Shown here piece after piece: positions 9,517 through 18,000 of a DNA stretch of 64,000 nt (its first letter is position 1; each line of letters opens with the position of its first letter). A program made the translations under genes and the position numbers. Origin of the DNA: an uncultured Ruminococcus sp. (GTDB lineage Bacteria; Bacillota; Clostridia; RUG12999); the NCBI GenBank assembly GCA_902784805.1, contig CACZWD010000016.1:16754-80753 (forward strand), in the 5' to 3' direction. Below the pieces are notes generated by a model. The model did not search any database. It saw only the letters and a program-made list of their open reading frames with translations, and was not told the origin of the DNA.

Positions 9517-11214
9517 ATGCCAATTTACGAAAAATATATAGGAAGACACAGAGATGATTTTAAATCTCTTGAAGACGCGCAGCAAAATTACAGGCTTCAA
9601 TTTGATGATGATTTTAATTTTGCGTATGATGTTATTGATGTGCTTGGTACGCAGAAGCCCGATAAGCTCGCTATGATTTGGGTATCAAATGACGAGGAAG
9701 TAAAACGTTTTACTTTTAAGGATATTATGCTTATGTCAAACAAGGCGGCAAACTATTTTAAATCTGTCGGTATAAAAAAAGGCGATAGAGTGCTTTTTGT
9801 TTTAAAACGCAGCTATCTTTTTTGGGTTTTAACGCTTGGACTTCACAAAATAGGCGCTGTTATGATACCCGCAACAAATATGCTTAAAGCAAAGGATTAT
9901 ATTTACAGATGTAATGTCGCAAAAATTAAGTGCGTTGTAATAACGGGTGACGGTGACTGTACGCAGTATTATGATGAGGGCGAAGGCAAATACGAAACCG
10001 TTGAGATGAAAATGGTAACAAAGCATAAGGCGGCAGGCGACGGCTGGATTGATTTTGAAGCGGGCTTTGACGCCGCGAGCGATGTATGGCAGCGACCGAC
10101 AGGCGCTGACGCTACCAATATTCACGATATTCAGATGATTGCTTTTTCGTCCGGAACGACGGGATATCCAAAAATTATCACGCACGATTTTACATACCCT
10201 CTCGGGCATATTATGACAGGCGTTTTCTGGCACAGGGTTGTTGACGGAGGCTTGCATTTTACCGTTTCCGATTCGGGCTGGATGAAATGTATGTGGGGTA
10301 AATTTTACGGTCAATGGTTTGGCGAAACGGCGCTTTTCGTCTATGATTTTGAAAAGTTTGACGGCAAAAAGATACTTGAAATGATAGAAAGGTTTAAAAT
10401 TACGACCTTCTGCGTTCCGCCGACAATGTACAGATTTATTTTGCAAAATGATGTTAAAAAATATGATTTGTCATCGCTTGTGCATTGCTGTACGGCGGGA
10501 GAGGCGCTCAATCCCGATATATTTAACAAGTGGAAGGAAGCTACAGGGCTTGAAATTTACGAGGGCTTCGGGCAGAGCGAAACGCCCGTTTGTCTTGCGA
10601 CACTTTATCCGTGGTGCAAGCCTGTTCCGGGTGCTATGGGTTATCCCGTGCCCGGTCTTGATGTCCATGTGCTTGATGAAAACGGAGGTCACTGTCAGAG
10701 GGGTACAACGGGCGAAATCTGCATAAGATACGAAAGCGCCCTGCATCATCCCTGCGGCGTGCTTACGGGTTATAATTTCAGCAAAGAGGATACGGAAAAA
10801 GCCATTCACGACGGCTTTTATCATACGGGTGATACGGCATACCGTGATGAAAAAGGTATGTTCCGCTATGTCGGAAGAAATGATGACGTCATAAAGTCGT
10901 CCGGCTACCGTATAGGTCCGTTTGAAATAGAAAGCGTGCTTATGGAGCATCCTTCGGTGCTTGAGGTTGCCGTAACGGGCGTACCCGACCCGATAAGAGG
11001 CTTTAACGTTAAAGCTACCATTGTGCTTCGTCCCGGATTTCAGGGCAGTGACGAGCTTAAAAAAGAGCTTCAGAACTTTGTTAAAAAGAACACGGCACCC
11101 TATAAATATCCGAGAGTTGTCGAGTTTGTTGATGAGCTTCCGAAAACCTTCAGCGGAAAAATCCGCAGAATTGAAATTCGTGAGAACGATAAGAAGAAGT
11201 TTGAAGGGAATTAG
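9517..11214 (+). CDS. AMP-forming acyl-CoA synthetase (medium-chain/ACSM-like)
   Basis: AMP-binding motifs SSGTTGYPK, YHTGD and GKIRR. Confidence 0.85.
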   Translation: MPIYEKYIGRHRDDFKSLEDAQQNYRLQFDDDFNFAYDVIDVLGTQKPDKLAMIWVSNDEEVKRFTFKDIMLMSNKAANYFKSVGIKKGDRVLFVLKRSYLFWVLTLGLHKIGAVMIPATNMLKAKDYIYRCNVAKIKCVVITGDGDCTQYYDEGEGKYETVEMKMVTKHKAAGDGWIDFEAGFDAASDVWQRPTGADATNIHDIQMIAFSSGTTGYPKIITHDFTYPLGHIMTGVFWHRVVDGGLHFTVSDSGWMKCMWGKFYGQWFGETALFVYDFEKFDGKKILEMIERFKITTFCVPPTMYRFILQNDVKKYDLSSLVHCCTAGEALNPDIFNKWKEATGLEIYEGFGQSETPVCLATLYPWCKPVPGAMGYPVPGLDVHVLDENGGHCQRGTTGEICIRYESALHHPCGVLTGYNFSKEDTEKAIHDGFYHTGDTAYRDEKGMFRYVGRNDDVIKSSGYRIGPFEIESVLMEHPSVLEVAVTGVPDPIRGFNVKATIVLRPGFQGSDELKKELQNFVKKNTAPYKYPRVVEFVDELPKTFSGKIRRIEIRENDKKKFEGN

Positions 11215-11278
11215 CGGATAGTTTGTAGGTCAGGGGACGATGTCCGCATTGTCCCGTGAACAGTAGAGCCTTAAAGTA

Positions 11279-11324
11279 CAAAAAATACCACATCAAGGTT
11301 TGAAACCCGATGTGGTATTTTTTT
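11279..11324. terminator. bidirectional intrinsic terminator between convergent genes
   Basis: aaataccacatc ... gatgtggtattt, flanked by an A-run and a T-run. Confidence 0.7.
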
Positions 11325-11994
11325 ACTGCCCGAAGGAGGGAGGAGTAGTTTTGGTATCTGAAAAAGGATTGCCGCCCGGAGAAGGCTCCGACATACTGAA
11401 ATACATTTTTGCCGCTTTTGTCGTACCGAAATCACGGTTGGAGCCGGTATTCTGAATTTTATTGAAGGCTTCGCGGAACAAGGCGTTATGCGCTTCTTCA
11501 CGGTTAAGCAAAAAATCAATTGTTTCACGGACTTTTTTATCCTCAATCTGTCTGTAAAGGTATTCGTAAACAACCTTTGCTCTTTGCTCCGAGGCAATGT
11601 TTGAAAGAATATCCGCCGCAAGGTCGCCGGTTACGCTTACGTAATCGCCCGTCCACGAATAGCCCGAAGCGTTTACAAGCCCTGGATTAAGCCCGAAAAG
11701 CACATGGGTTTGTATTTCGCCGGCAGGAACCTTTTCGGCGTCAACATCATGACCGTTCAAAAGATTGATTGTCTGCGCCACCATTTCCATATGTCCAAGC
11801 TCCTCGGCGGCAATATCAAGGAACAAATCCTTTATTTCCTGGTCCTTGATTCTGAAGCTTTGCGACAGATACTGTAATGCGGCTTTAAGCTCACCGTTTG
11901 CTCCGCCGAGCTGTTCGTGCATCAGTGCGGCATAAAAAGGATTGGGTTTTTCCACGCCTACAGGGTGAAAAAGCTGTTTTTCATGTTTAAACAT
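11323..11994 (-). CDS. manganese catalase family protein (CotJC-like)
   Basis: N-terminus EKQLFHPV...EQLGGANGELKAALQYLSQSF and the di-metal ligand pattern EELGHMEMV. Confidence 0.8.
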   Translation of the reverse strand: MFKHEKQLFHPVGVEKPNPFYAALMHEQLGGANGELKAALQYLSQSFRIKDQEIKDLFLDIAAEELGHMEMVAQTINLLNGHDVDAEKVPAGEIQTHVLFGLNPGLVNASGYSWTGDYVSVTGDLAADILSNIASEQRAKVVYEYLYRQIEDKKVRETIDFLLNREEAHNALFREAFNKIQNTGSNRDFGTTKAAKMYFSMSEPSPGGNPFSDTKTTPPSFGQ

Positions 11995-12125
11995 ATTATT
12001 ACCTCACTTTCATTTTTTTATATTTTAACCGTTTTTAGAAAAATAATACAAAATATTTTGTTTATGTCATATTTTTAATCTTGTCCTAATAAAATTTAGT
12101 AAGCTTAAAAAAAGGAAATGATAAA

Positions 12126-13052
12126 ATGGTATGTGCGAAAGAAACCAGGGGAATAATCGGGCTTATTAAATATTTTCCATCAAGGATATATTCGTGTCTC
12201 GGACGTGTTCCGCTTTTAAAGCTCATTAAAACCGAGGAAATAAGGTTCGGCGCTGAAAAGCCGCTTATACTATTTATTGAAGGAAAATGCTTTTTTGTAA
12301 AAAACGGCGGAGAATTGACCTTGAACGCTGCGGAGGGCATAAGAACAAGCCTTGATGAAATCGGCGAAATATTCAGAATGTTGCTTGAAGGCTCGGTATA
12401 TGCCGCTGAGGAAAATATCAAAAACGGCTACATAACAGCTGAAGGCGGTCACAGAGTCGGTATTTGCGGCAGTGTTTCGCTTGACGGTGGAAAAATAGGA
12501 AATTTTAAGGATATTTCATATCTTAATATAAGAATTGCCCATGAAATTTTCGGAAGCTCCGAGCTTCTTTTTACGGATATTTTTTCGGAGGGTCCTGAAA
12601 ACTGCCTTATTATTTCACCGCCCGGAGGCGGCAAAACTACCCTTTTAAGGGATATTTGCCGGACGCTCGGCAGCAGTAACAAATTTGACTGTAAAATCGG
12701 TATTGCCGATGAAAGGGGCGAAATTGCCGCTGTATATAACGGTGTAGCAATGAATGATATAGGGGTAAGAACCTGCGTAATTGACGGCTGCCCCAAGGCG
12801 CAGGCTATGGATATAATACTCAGAGGAATGGGCGTTGACGTTGTTGTAACGGACGAAATAGGAAAAAGCGAGGACGAAACGGCAATTAAGAAGCTGATAA
12901 ACTGCGGAGTTAAAATTATCGCTTCAATGCATGCCGCAAAAATTGATGAAGCAAGAAGGCGCCTCGGTGAATTGATTGGTCCGGACGGCTTTAATAATAT
13001 TGTAAGGCTTGAAAATAAACAAATACGGGAGATGATAAGGCTTGACGCTTAA
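12126..13052 (+). CDS. spoIIIAA: stage III sporulation protein AA (ATPase)
   Basis: Walker A motif SPPGGGKTT. It is the first gene of an eight-gene spoIIIA-type operon. Confidence 0.85.
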   Translation: MVCAKETRGIIGLIKYFPSRIYSCLGRVPLLKLIKTEEIRFGAEKPLILFIEGKCFFVKNGGELTLNAAEGIRTSLDEIGEIFRMLLEGSVYAAEENIKNGYITAEGGHRVGICGSVSLDGGKIGNFKDISYLNIRIAHEIFGSSELLFTDIFSEGPENCLIISPPGGGKTTLLRDICRTLGSSNKFDCKIGIADERGEIAAVYNGVAMNDIGVRTCVIDGCPKAQAMDIILRGMGVDVVVTDEIGKSEDETAIKKLINCGVKIIASMHAAKIDEARRRLGELIGPDGFNNIVRLENKQIREMIRLDA

Positions 13053-13530
13053 AATTGTTTCTGCCGCCGTGCTTACGGCAAGCTGTTTTTTTGCCGGAAA
13101 TGCCGCGGGAGACAGGCTTAAAATGAGATGCGAGGATTTGCGTGACCTTATTTCGTCGCTTATAAAAACAGAAAATTATATTGAAGGCTTATCGCTGCCT
13201 TTACCGAGAATATATGAAAGGCTTTCGGGAGAAAGCCGTGTAGGTCAGATGTTTAAAGCCGTTCTTGACGGAAACGGAACCGTAAGGGAAGTTTGGGAAA
13301 ACGGTCTTTCATTAACGGCTCTTTCGGAGGAGGACAAAAAAGAAGTTATGCGGCTTTCAGCCGTTCTCGGCACGGACGGCAGAAAACAACAGCAAAAGCA
13401 TATAGAGCTTTGTCTTTCGGAGCTTGAAAAAAACCTTGAAGCCGCCGAAAAAAGGCAAAAGCTTGACGGCGCTCTTTATAAAAGAATGGGAGCATATATA
13501 GGAGCGCTTGCTGCGATTATACTTTTTTAA
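13042..13530 (+). CDS. spoIIIAB: stage III sporulation protein AB
   Basis: Position in the operon, an N-terminal TM segment and a size of about 160 aa. The TTG start is uncertain. Confidence 0.7.
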   Translation: MTLKIVSAAVLTASCFFAGNAAGDRLKMRCEDLRDLISSLIKTENYIEGLSLPLPRIYERLSGESRVGQMFKAVLDGNGTVREVWENGLSLTALSEEDKKEVMRLSAVLGTDGRKQQQKHIELCLSELEKNLEAAEKRQKLDGALYKRMGAYIGALAAIILF

Positions 13531-13549
13531 AACTTGGAGGAAACGTAAA

Positions 13550-13744
13550 ATGGAAGTCGATTTAATATTTCAAATAGCCGCGGTCGGCATTACGGTTGCG
13601 GTTATATATCAGCTTCTTGTCAGAGCCGGCAGGGAAGACCAGGCTATGCTTATTTCCATTATGGGACTGATTGTGGTTATGACGATGGTGATATCGCAGA
13701 TAAAAAACCTGTTTGATACGGTTAAAATGCTTTTTGACCTATAA
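13550..13744 (+). CDS. spoIIIAC: stage III sporulation protein AC
   Basis: 64-aa two-TM protein at the expected operon position, with a ggagg RBS. Confidence 0.75.
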   Translation: MEVDLIFQIAAVGITVAVIYQLLVRAGREDQAMLISIMGLIVVMTMVISQIKNLFDTVKMLFDL

Positions 13745-13757
13745 GCGGAGAAGTAAA

Positions 13758-14144
13758 ATGGATATTATAAAAATTTTAAGCGTAGGCATAATCGCTTCGG
13801 TGCTTGCCTTTACGGTTGGAAATTTGAAAAAGGAGTTCACGGCGCCTTTGGCGCTTGTCGGCGGCGCCGTGATTTTGCTTGCGGCGTTTCCCGGACTTTC
13901 AAGACTTACGGAAAGCCTTTGGGATTCCGCCGAACAGGCGGGTATAAACTCGTCCTATGTGGGTATTGTTTTTAAAAGCGCCGCGGTTACCTGTATGACA
14001 TCAATCTGCGCCGCAGTTTGCAGAGATATGGGGCAGGGAGGAATAGCCGCGAAGCTTGAGCTTGCGGGGCGAATATCAATTATTGTTACGGCGCTTCCCG
14101 CCATAAACGCGCTTTTGGAGCTTATCGGACAAACAGTTAATTAA
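13758..14144 (+). CDS. spoIIIAD: stage III sporulation protein AD
   Basis: 128-aa multi-TM protein at the expected operon position. Confidence 0.75.
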   Translation: MDIIKILSVGIIASVLAFTVGNLKKEFTAPLALVGGAVILLAAFPGLSRLTESLWDSAEQAGINSSYVGIVFKSAAVTCMTSICAAVCRDMGQGGIAAKLELAGRISIIVTALPAINALLELIGQTVN

Positions 14145-14166
14145 TACAGAGAAAAAAGGAAAAATA

Positions 14167-15282
14167 ATGAAAAAGTTTTTTTTAATATTAATTTGTATAG
14201 CAAGCTGCTTTATGCCTAAATGCTTTGCGGAAAATGATGTAACAGATGACGTTATTGAAGGGCAAATGGAAGCGGCAGGGGTAAATGAGCTTGACGGTCT
14301 TACAGATGGCGCAAGGGAGTTTGATGAACAATTTTCTTTTTCATCACGGGTTAAAGAGGAAATAAATGGCAAAAAAGATGATGAAAGCGGTAAAATACTT
14401 GGCAAAGTTTTAACATTTTTCCTGGGTGGTTTTAAAGAGGCGCTTTCCGGCACGTCAAGGATAATGCTTGCTGTGCTGATTTTTGGAATAATTATGCGTT
14501 TTATTCCCGACGGAGCCTTGAAAAACGTTTCTTTTTACGCCGCGTATGCCGTTATTTTCGCGATAGCGCTTTTTATGTTCAGACAGGCGGAACAGATTGG
14601 CAGAGAGATGACAGAGCAGCTTAATTTTTTTATCAAGGGCGCGGTACCTGTTATGTACACCCTTTCTGTTCCGAGCGGACAAGCGGCATTTTCGGCAGGA
14701 AGCGCAGCAGTAATTATGGGAATATGCGTTTTTACGGATATTGCGGGCAAGGTTCTTATGCCACTTACCTGTATGATGTCGGCGCTCGCCGCGGCAAATA
14801 ATTTATCGGAGGACATATCCTTAAAAGGGCTTGAAAAGTTTTTTAAAAAAATAATAATGTGGAGTATCGGTATTGTAATGACTGTATTTGTTTCGCTGTT
14901 AAAGGTGCGCGGAATAACAGGCAGGGCGCTTGACGGGGTGGCGGGAAAAACAGTAAAATTTGCCGTGGGTAATTTTATACCTGTTGTAGGCGGCATAATT
15001 TCGGATTCGCTTGAAAGCATAATTTTATGCAGCAGAGCGATTAAAGCCGCCTGCGGCGCGGTCGGCATTGTTGCGCTTATTTATATGATAGTGCCGCCGC
15101 TTATGAAAATAGGGGGTATGCTCGCGGCGTTCAGGCTGACGGGGATTATAACCTCTCCTGTGTGTGACAGCCGTATATCGGGAGCAATTGATAATTTTGC
15201 GGATATTGTAAGCCTTATTCTGATAATCAATGTGACGGTAAGTGTTTTGTTTATTACGGCAATGGGGAGTCTTGCGGCATGA
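14167..15282 (+). CDS. spoIIIAE: stage III sporulation protein AE
   Basis: 371-aa polytopic membrane protein with a signal peptide, at the expected operon position. Confidence 0.8.
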   Translation: MKKFFLILICIASCFMPKCFAENDVTDDVIEGQMEAAGVNELDGLTDGAREFDEQFSFSSRVKEEINGKKDDESGKILGKVLTFFLGGFKEALSGTSRIMLAVLIFGIIMRFIPDGALKNVSFYAAYAVIFAIALFMFRQAEQIGREMTEQLNFFIKGAVPVMYTLSVPSGQAAFSAGSAAVIMGICVFTDIAGKVLMPLTCMMSALAAANNLSEDISLKGLEKFFKKIIMWSIGIVMTVFVSLLKVRGITGRALDGVAGKTVKFAVGNFIPVVGGIISDSLESIILCSRAIKAACGAVGIVALIYMIVPPLMKIGGMLAAFRLTGIITSPVCDSRISGAIDNFADIVSLILIINVTVSVLFITAMGSLAA

Positions 15283-15710
15283 AGCTTATAAGCGAATATA
15301 TTTACACATTATGCGTATGTCTGGTGTTGAGCTCGGCAGTTTTTGCGGCAGTACCCGAAAGCACGCTTAAAGCAACATTTAAAACGGCTGTTGGTATAGT
15401 TATTGCGCTTATTGCGGTATCTGCTTTCGCCCGTGTTCCGGAACTGCAAATTCCTTACTCCAGGGGAGATGAAGTTATTGAATATGGGGCTGAAAACGAA
15501 AATATGGAAGAGCTTATAATTGAGCAGACGAAAAAGCTGTCGGAAAATAAAATTTCAAATCAGGTTGGCGGCAAAAAAGTCAGAATTACACTTGAAGATA
15601 ATGGAAATATAGAAAAGGTGGAGATTGAAAATGTTACAAAAGCGGATAAAATCCTGGTTTCAAGAAATAACAAAATTGAAATTGAAAAAATCATGGGGCT
15701 TAATGAATAA
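15279..15710 (+). CDS. spoIIIAF: stage III sporulation protein AF
   Basis: Operon position, ATGA overlap with spoIIIAE, and N-terminal TM segments. Confidence 0.7.
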   Translation: MKLISEYIYTLCVCLVLSSAVFAAVPESTLKATFKTAVGIVIALIAVSAFARVPELQIPYSRGDEVIEYGAENENMEELIIEQTKKLSENKISNQVGGKKVRITLEDNGNIEKVEIENVTKADKILVSRNNKIEIEKIMGLNE

Positions 15711-16167
15711 AACGCCTGTTTTTATTTTTGCGGCAATTATAGCCGCCATTGTTCTTGCAATATCGCCGGGCGATAAAGATGAAAAACCGCCTTTATCCGG
15801 TGAGGTTTCGGCAAACAATTCGGAAATTGAATTGCGCCTTGAAAAAATATTATCGGGAATCAAAGGGGCGGGGAAGGTTGAAGTTATGGTCGTTTTTAAG
15901 GATGACGGAAAAGAGGATATCGCGATGAACCGTGAATATCAGAGAGATAATGCCGGAATGGTTAAAAGCGGCGAAACCGCAGTTATGACAAGCGGCAGAA
16001 ACGCTGTTGTCGTACAAAAAAACCTTCCGAATGTTCAAGGCGTTATTGTTACGGCGGAGGGAGCAAACGACGAAACCGTGAAAGAAAATCTTAAAAACGC
16101 GGTTGCGGCGGCGCTGCCGGTTGCGTATCATCGTATTGAAGTGCTTGAAAAGGAATATAATGGGTAA
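15703..16167 (+). CDS. spoIIIAG: stage III sporulation protein AG
   Basis: The MNK start overlaps the spoIIIAF stop by 8 nt. One TM segment is followed by a soluble domain. The track start at 15625 is the alternative. Confidence 0.7.
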   Translation: MNKTPVFIFAAIIAAIVLAISPGDKDEKPPLSGEVSANNSEIELRLEKILSGIKGAGKVEVMVVFKDDGKEDIAMNREYQRDNAGMVKSGETAVMTSGRNAVVVQKNLPNVQGVIVTAEGANDETVKENLKNAVAAALPVAYHRIEVLEKEYNG

Positions 16168-16219
16168 ACTATACATATATATATTAAAAGAAAACGTCTG
16201 AGAAAGGAAAGTCAAATTT

Positions 16220-16762
16220 ATGGAAAAAAACAGAAAATATATTGTGCTTACAATCCTTGTTGCCATGGTTGCCGTTGCGGGGTATCTTAACAGAAATTAT
16301 AATGACGGACTGCCTGTTGTGAGTGAGGAAACAGCTGCGGAAACCGCCGGGGAAGCAACTATGGTAAGCGCGAAAGCGGGAAAACCGAAGCAGGAAACAA
16401 AAGCGCCGGAAAGCGACGCGCTGAAAGACGCGAAAACCGCGAAAGACACTTCAAGAAGCCGCGCGATGGAGCTTTTAAACAGTATAATAAATGACGAAAA
16501 TTCGGGTAATGAAAACAGAGAAAAAGCAACCGACGAGCTTGCGCAGATGTCAAAAAATATGGAAGCGGAAGGCGTCATTGAAGGTATTTTAAAAACAAAG
16601 GGCTTTGAAAAAAGTGTTGTTTTTATAACAAACGGCATTGCCACCGTTGCTGTGAAAAGTGATAAAAGCCTTTCAGCGTCGGACGTTGCGAAAATTCAGG
16701 ATGTTGTAAAGAATAACGGTAATATATCAGGCGAAAAAATTACAATTACGCAGGTAAAATAA
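16220..16762 (+). CDS. spoIIIAH: stage III sporulation protein AH
   Basis: Last gene of the operon, with an N-terminal TM segment and a C-terminal YscJ/FliF-like domain pattern. Confidence 0.75.
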   Translation: MEKNRKYIVLTILVAMVAVAGYLNRNYNDGLPVVSEETAAETAGEATMVSAKAGKPKQETKAPESDALKDAKTAKDTSRSRAMELLNSIINDENSGNENREKATDELAQMSKNMEAEGVIEGILKTKGFEKSVVFITNGIATVAVKSDKSLSASDVAKIQDVVKNNGNISGEKITITQVK

Positions 16763-16766
16763 AAAT

Positions 16767-17035
16767 GGGGCTGTGAGTTTTGTCACAGCCCCCAGAGCGC
16801 TGACAAACTCGGTCTAACGCAAGCAACTTTATTATTTTAAAACCCGTAACATTTTTTTAATTTTTTTTTCTTTGTTTTATGTGAGCGGCGCGGTTTTCTC
16901 TGAAACCGCGCCGCTGCTTGCTTTTCGCCCTTTAAACCTCTACCGTACACACGTACGCCGCCTTCGTTTTTCAGCCTCTGTTCAGCTTAATGACTTTGTC
17001 ATTAAGCTGGGGGCTGTGAGTTTTGTCACAGCCCC
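16767..17035. repeat. copy 1 of a non-coding repeat element: 217-bp core (16793-17009) flanked by identical 26-bp hairpins (16767-16792 and 17010-17035)
   Basis: ggggctgtgagttttgtcacagcccc is present on both sides. The core is homologous to 25507-25747. Confidence 0.8.
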
Positions 17036-17040
17036 ATTTT

Positions 17041-17946
17041 TTAGATTTCCCAGTAATCCCAGTCTTTTTTATTCTTTTTAAACTTCATAATCAGCTCCGA
17101 TGGTTTTTCGGTAATTGTGGAATTTGCGGGTACCGAATGAGTTATAAAACAGTTTCCGCCGATTATTGCGTTTTTGCCTATGACGGTTTCGCCTCCTAAA
17201 ATGGTCGCTCCGGAATATATGGTAACACCGTCTTCGATTGTTGGGTGACGTTTGACGCCCGCGAGCTTCTGACCGTCTCTTGTTGAAAGAGCGCCGAGAG
17301 TGACACCCTGATATATTTTAACATTGTCACCTATAATTGTTGTTTCACCGACAACAACACCGGTACCATGGTCAATGAAAAAATATTTTCCGATTTCCGC
17401 GCCGGAGTTGATGTCAATTCCTGTACGGCTGTGCGCGTGTTCCGTCATAATTCTCGCGATAAGCGGAACGTCCGCAAGATAAAGCGGATGCGCAATTCGA
17501 TAAACAAAGATCGCAAAAAGCCCCGGATAGGAGTAAATAATATCATCTTTTGTTTTTGCAGCAGGGTCGCCGTTAAAACCCGCTTCTATATCGTAAAGCA
17601 TAAGCTGCTGAATTTCGGGAAGCCGGGCAAAAAAATCATTGCATATTTTTTCGGCGCGCTCTGTCGTATCGCAGTCATCGCAGGTATATTCAAACGCGGC
17701 TTTTATTTCCGCTTTAAGCTTTTCATAAACACGGTTTATTTTGTTTCCGATATAATATTCGTCCGATTTTGGAGCAATTTCATCAAAATACCCCGGGAAA
17801 ACAACCTCTTTGAGTTCGTCTATAATTTCAATAACGGCAGATTTTGAAGGCATTCTCTTACCGTTTTTATTACAGAATACAGGGTCGTTTTTATAGGTAT
17901 AATCAATTTTTTTTATAACTTCGGAAAGCATTTTATTGTTTTTCAT
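17041..17946 (-). CDS. cysE: serine O-acetyltransferase
   Basis: Left-handed beta-helix hexapeptide repeats (GIDINSGAEIGKYFFIDHGTGVVVGETTIIGDNVKIYQGVTLG) and an N-terminal SATase helical domain. Confidence 0.85.
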   Translation of the reverse strand: MKNNKMLSEVIKKIDYTYKNDPVFCNKNGKRMPSKSAVIEIIDELKEVVFPGYFDEIAPKSDEYYIGNKINRVYEKLKAEIKAAFEYTCDDCDTTERAEKICNDFFARLPEIQQLMLYDIEAGFNGDPAAKTKDDIIYSYPGLFAIFVYRIAHPLYLADVPLIARIMTEHAHSRTGIDINSGAEIGKYFFIDHGTGVVVGETTIIGDNVKIYQGVTLGALSTRDGQKLAGVKRHPTIEDGVTIYSGATILGGETVIGKNAIIGGNCFITHSVPANSTITEKPSELIMKFKKNKKDWDYWEI

Positions 17947-18000
17947 ATAATCAGACCTTTCTGAAAAGCGATAATAGGGGAGCAGTTCCGTTCCTTTTGC

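Noticed and set aside
9829-10950. Minus-strand ORFs of 205 and 159 aa inside the acyl-CoA synthetase gene
   Set aside because: They are antisense shadows of a gene with clear AMP-binding motifs, and nothing independent supports them.
16872-17081. 69-aa ORF, together with the 89-aa ORF at 25587-25856, sharing the peptide YVSGAVFSETAPLLAFRPLNLYRT
   Set aside because: The shared peptide simply reflects nucleotide conservation of the repeat-element core. The ORFs start at different points, diverge exactly where the DNA diverges, have no RBS, and run across hairpins and into flanking genes.
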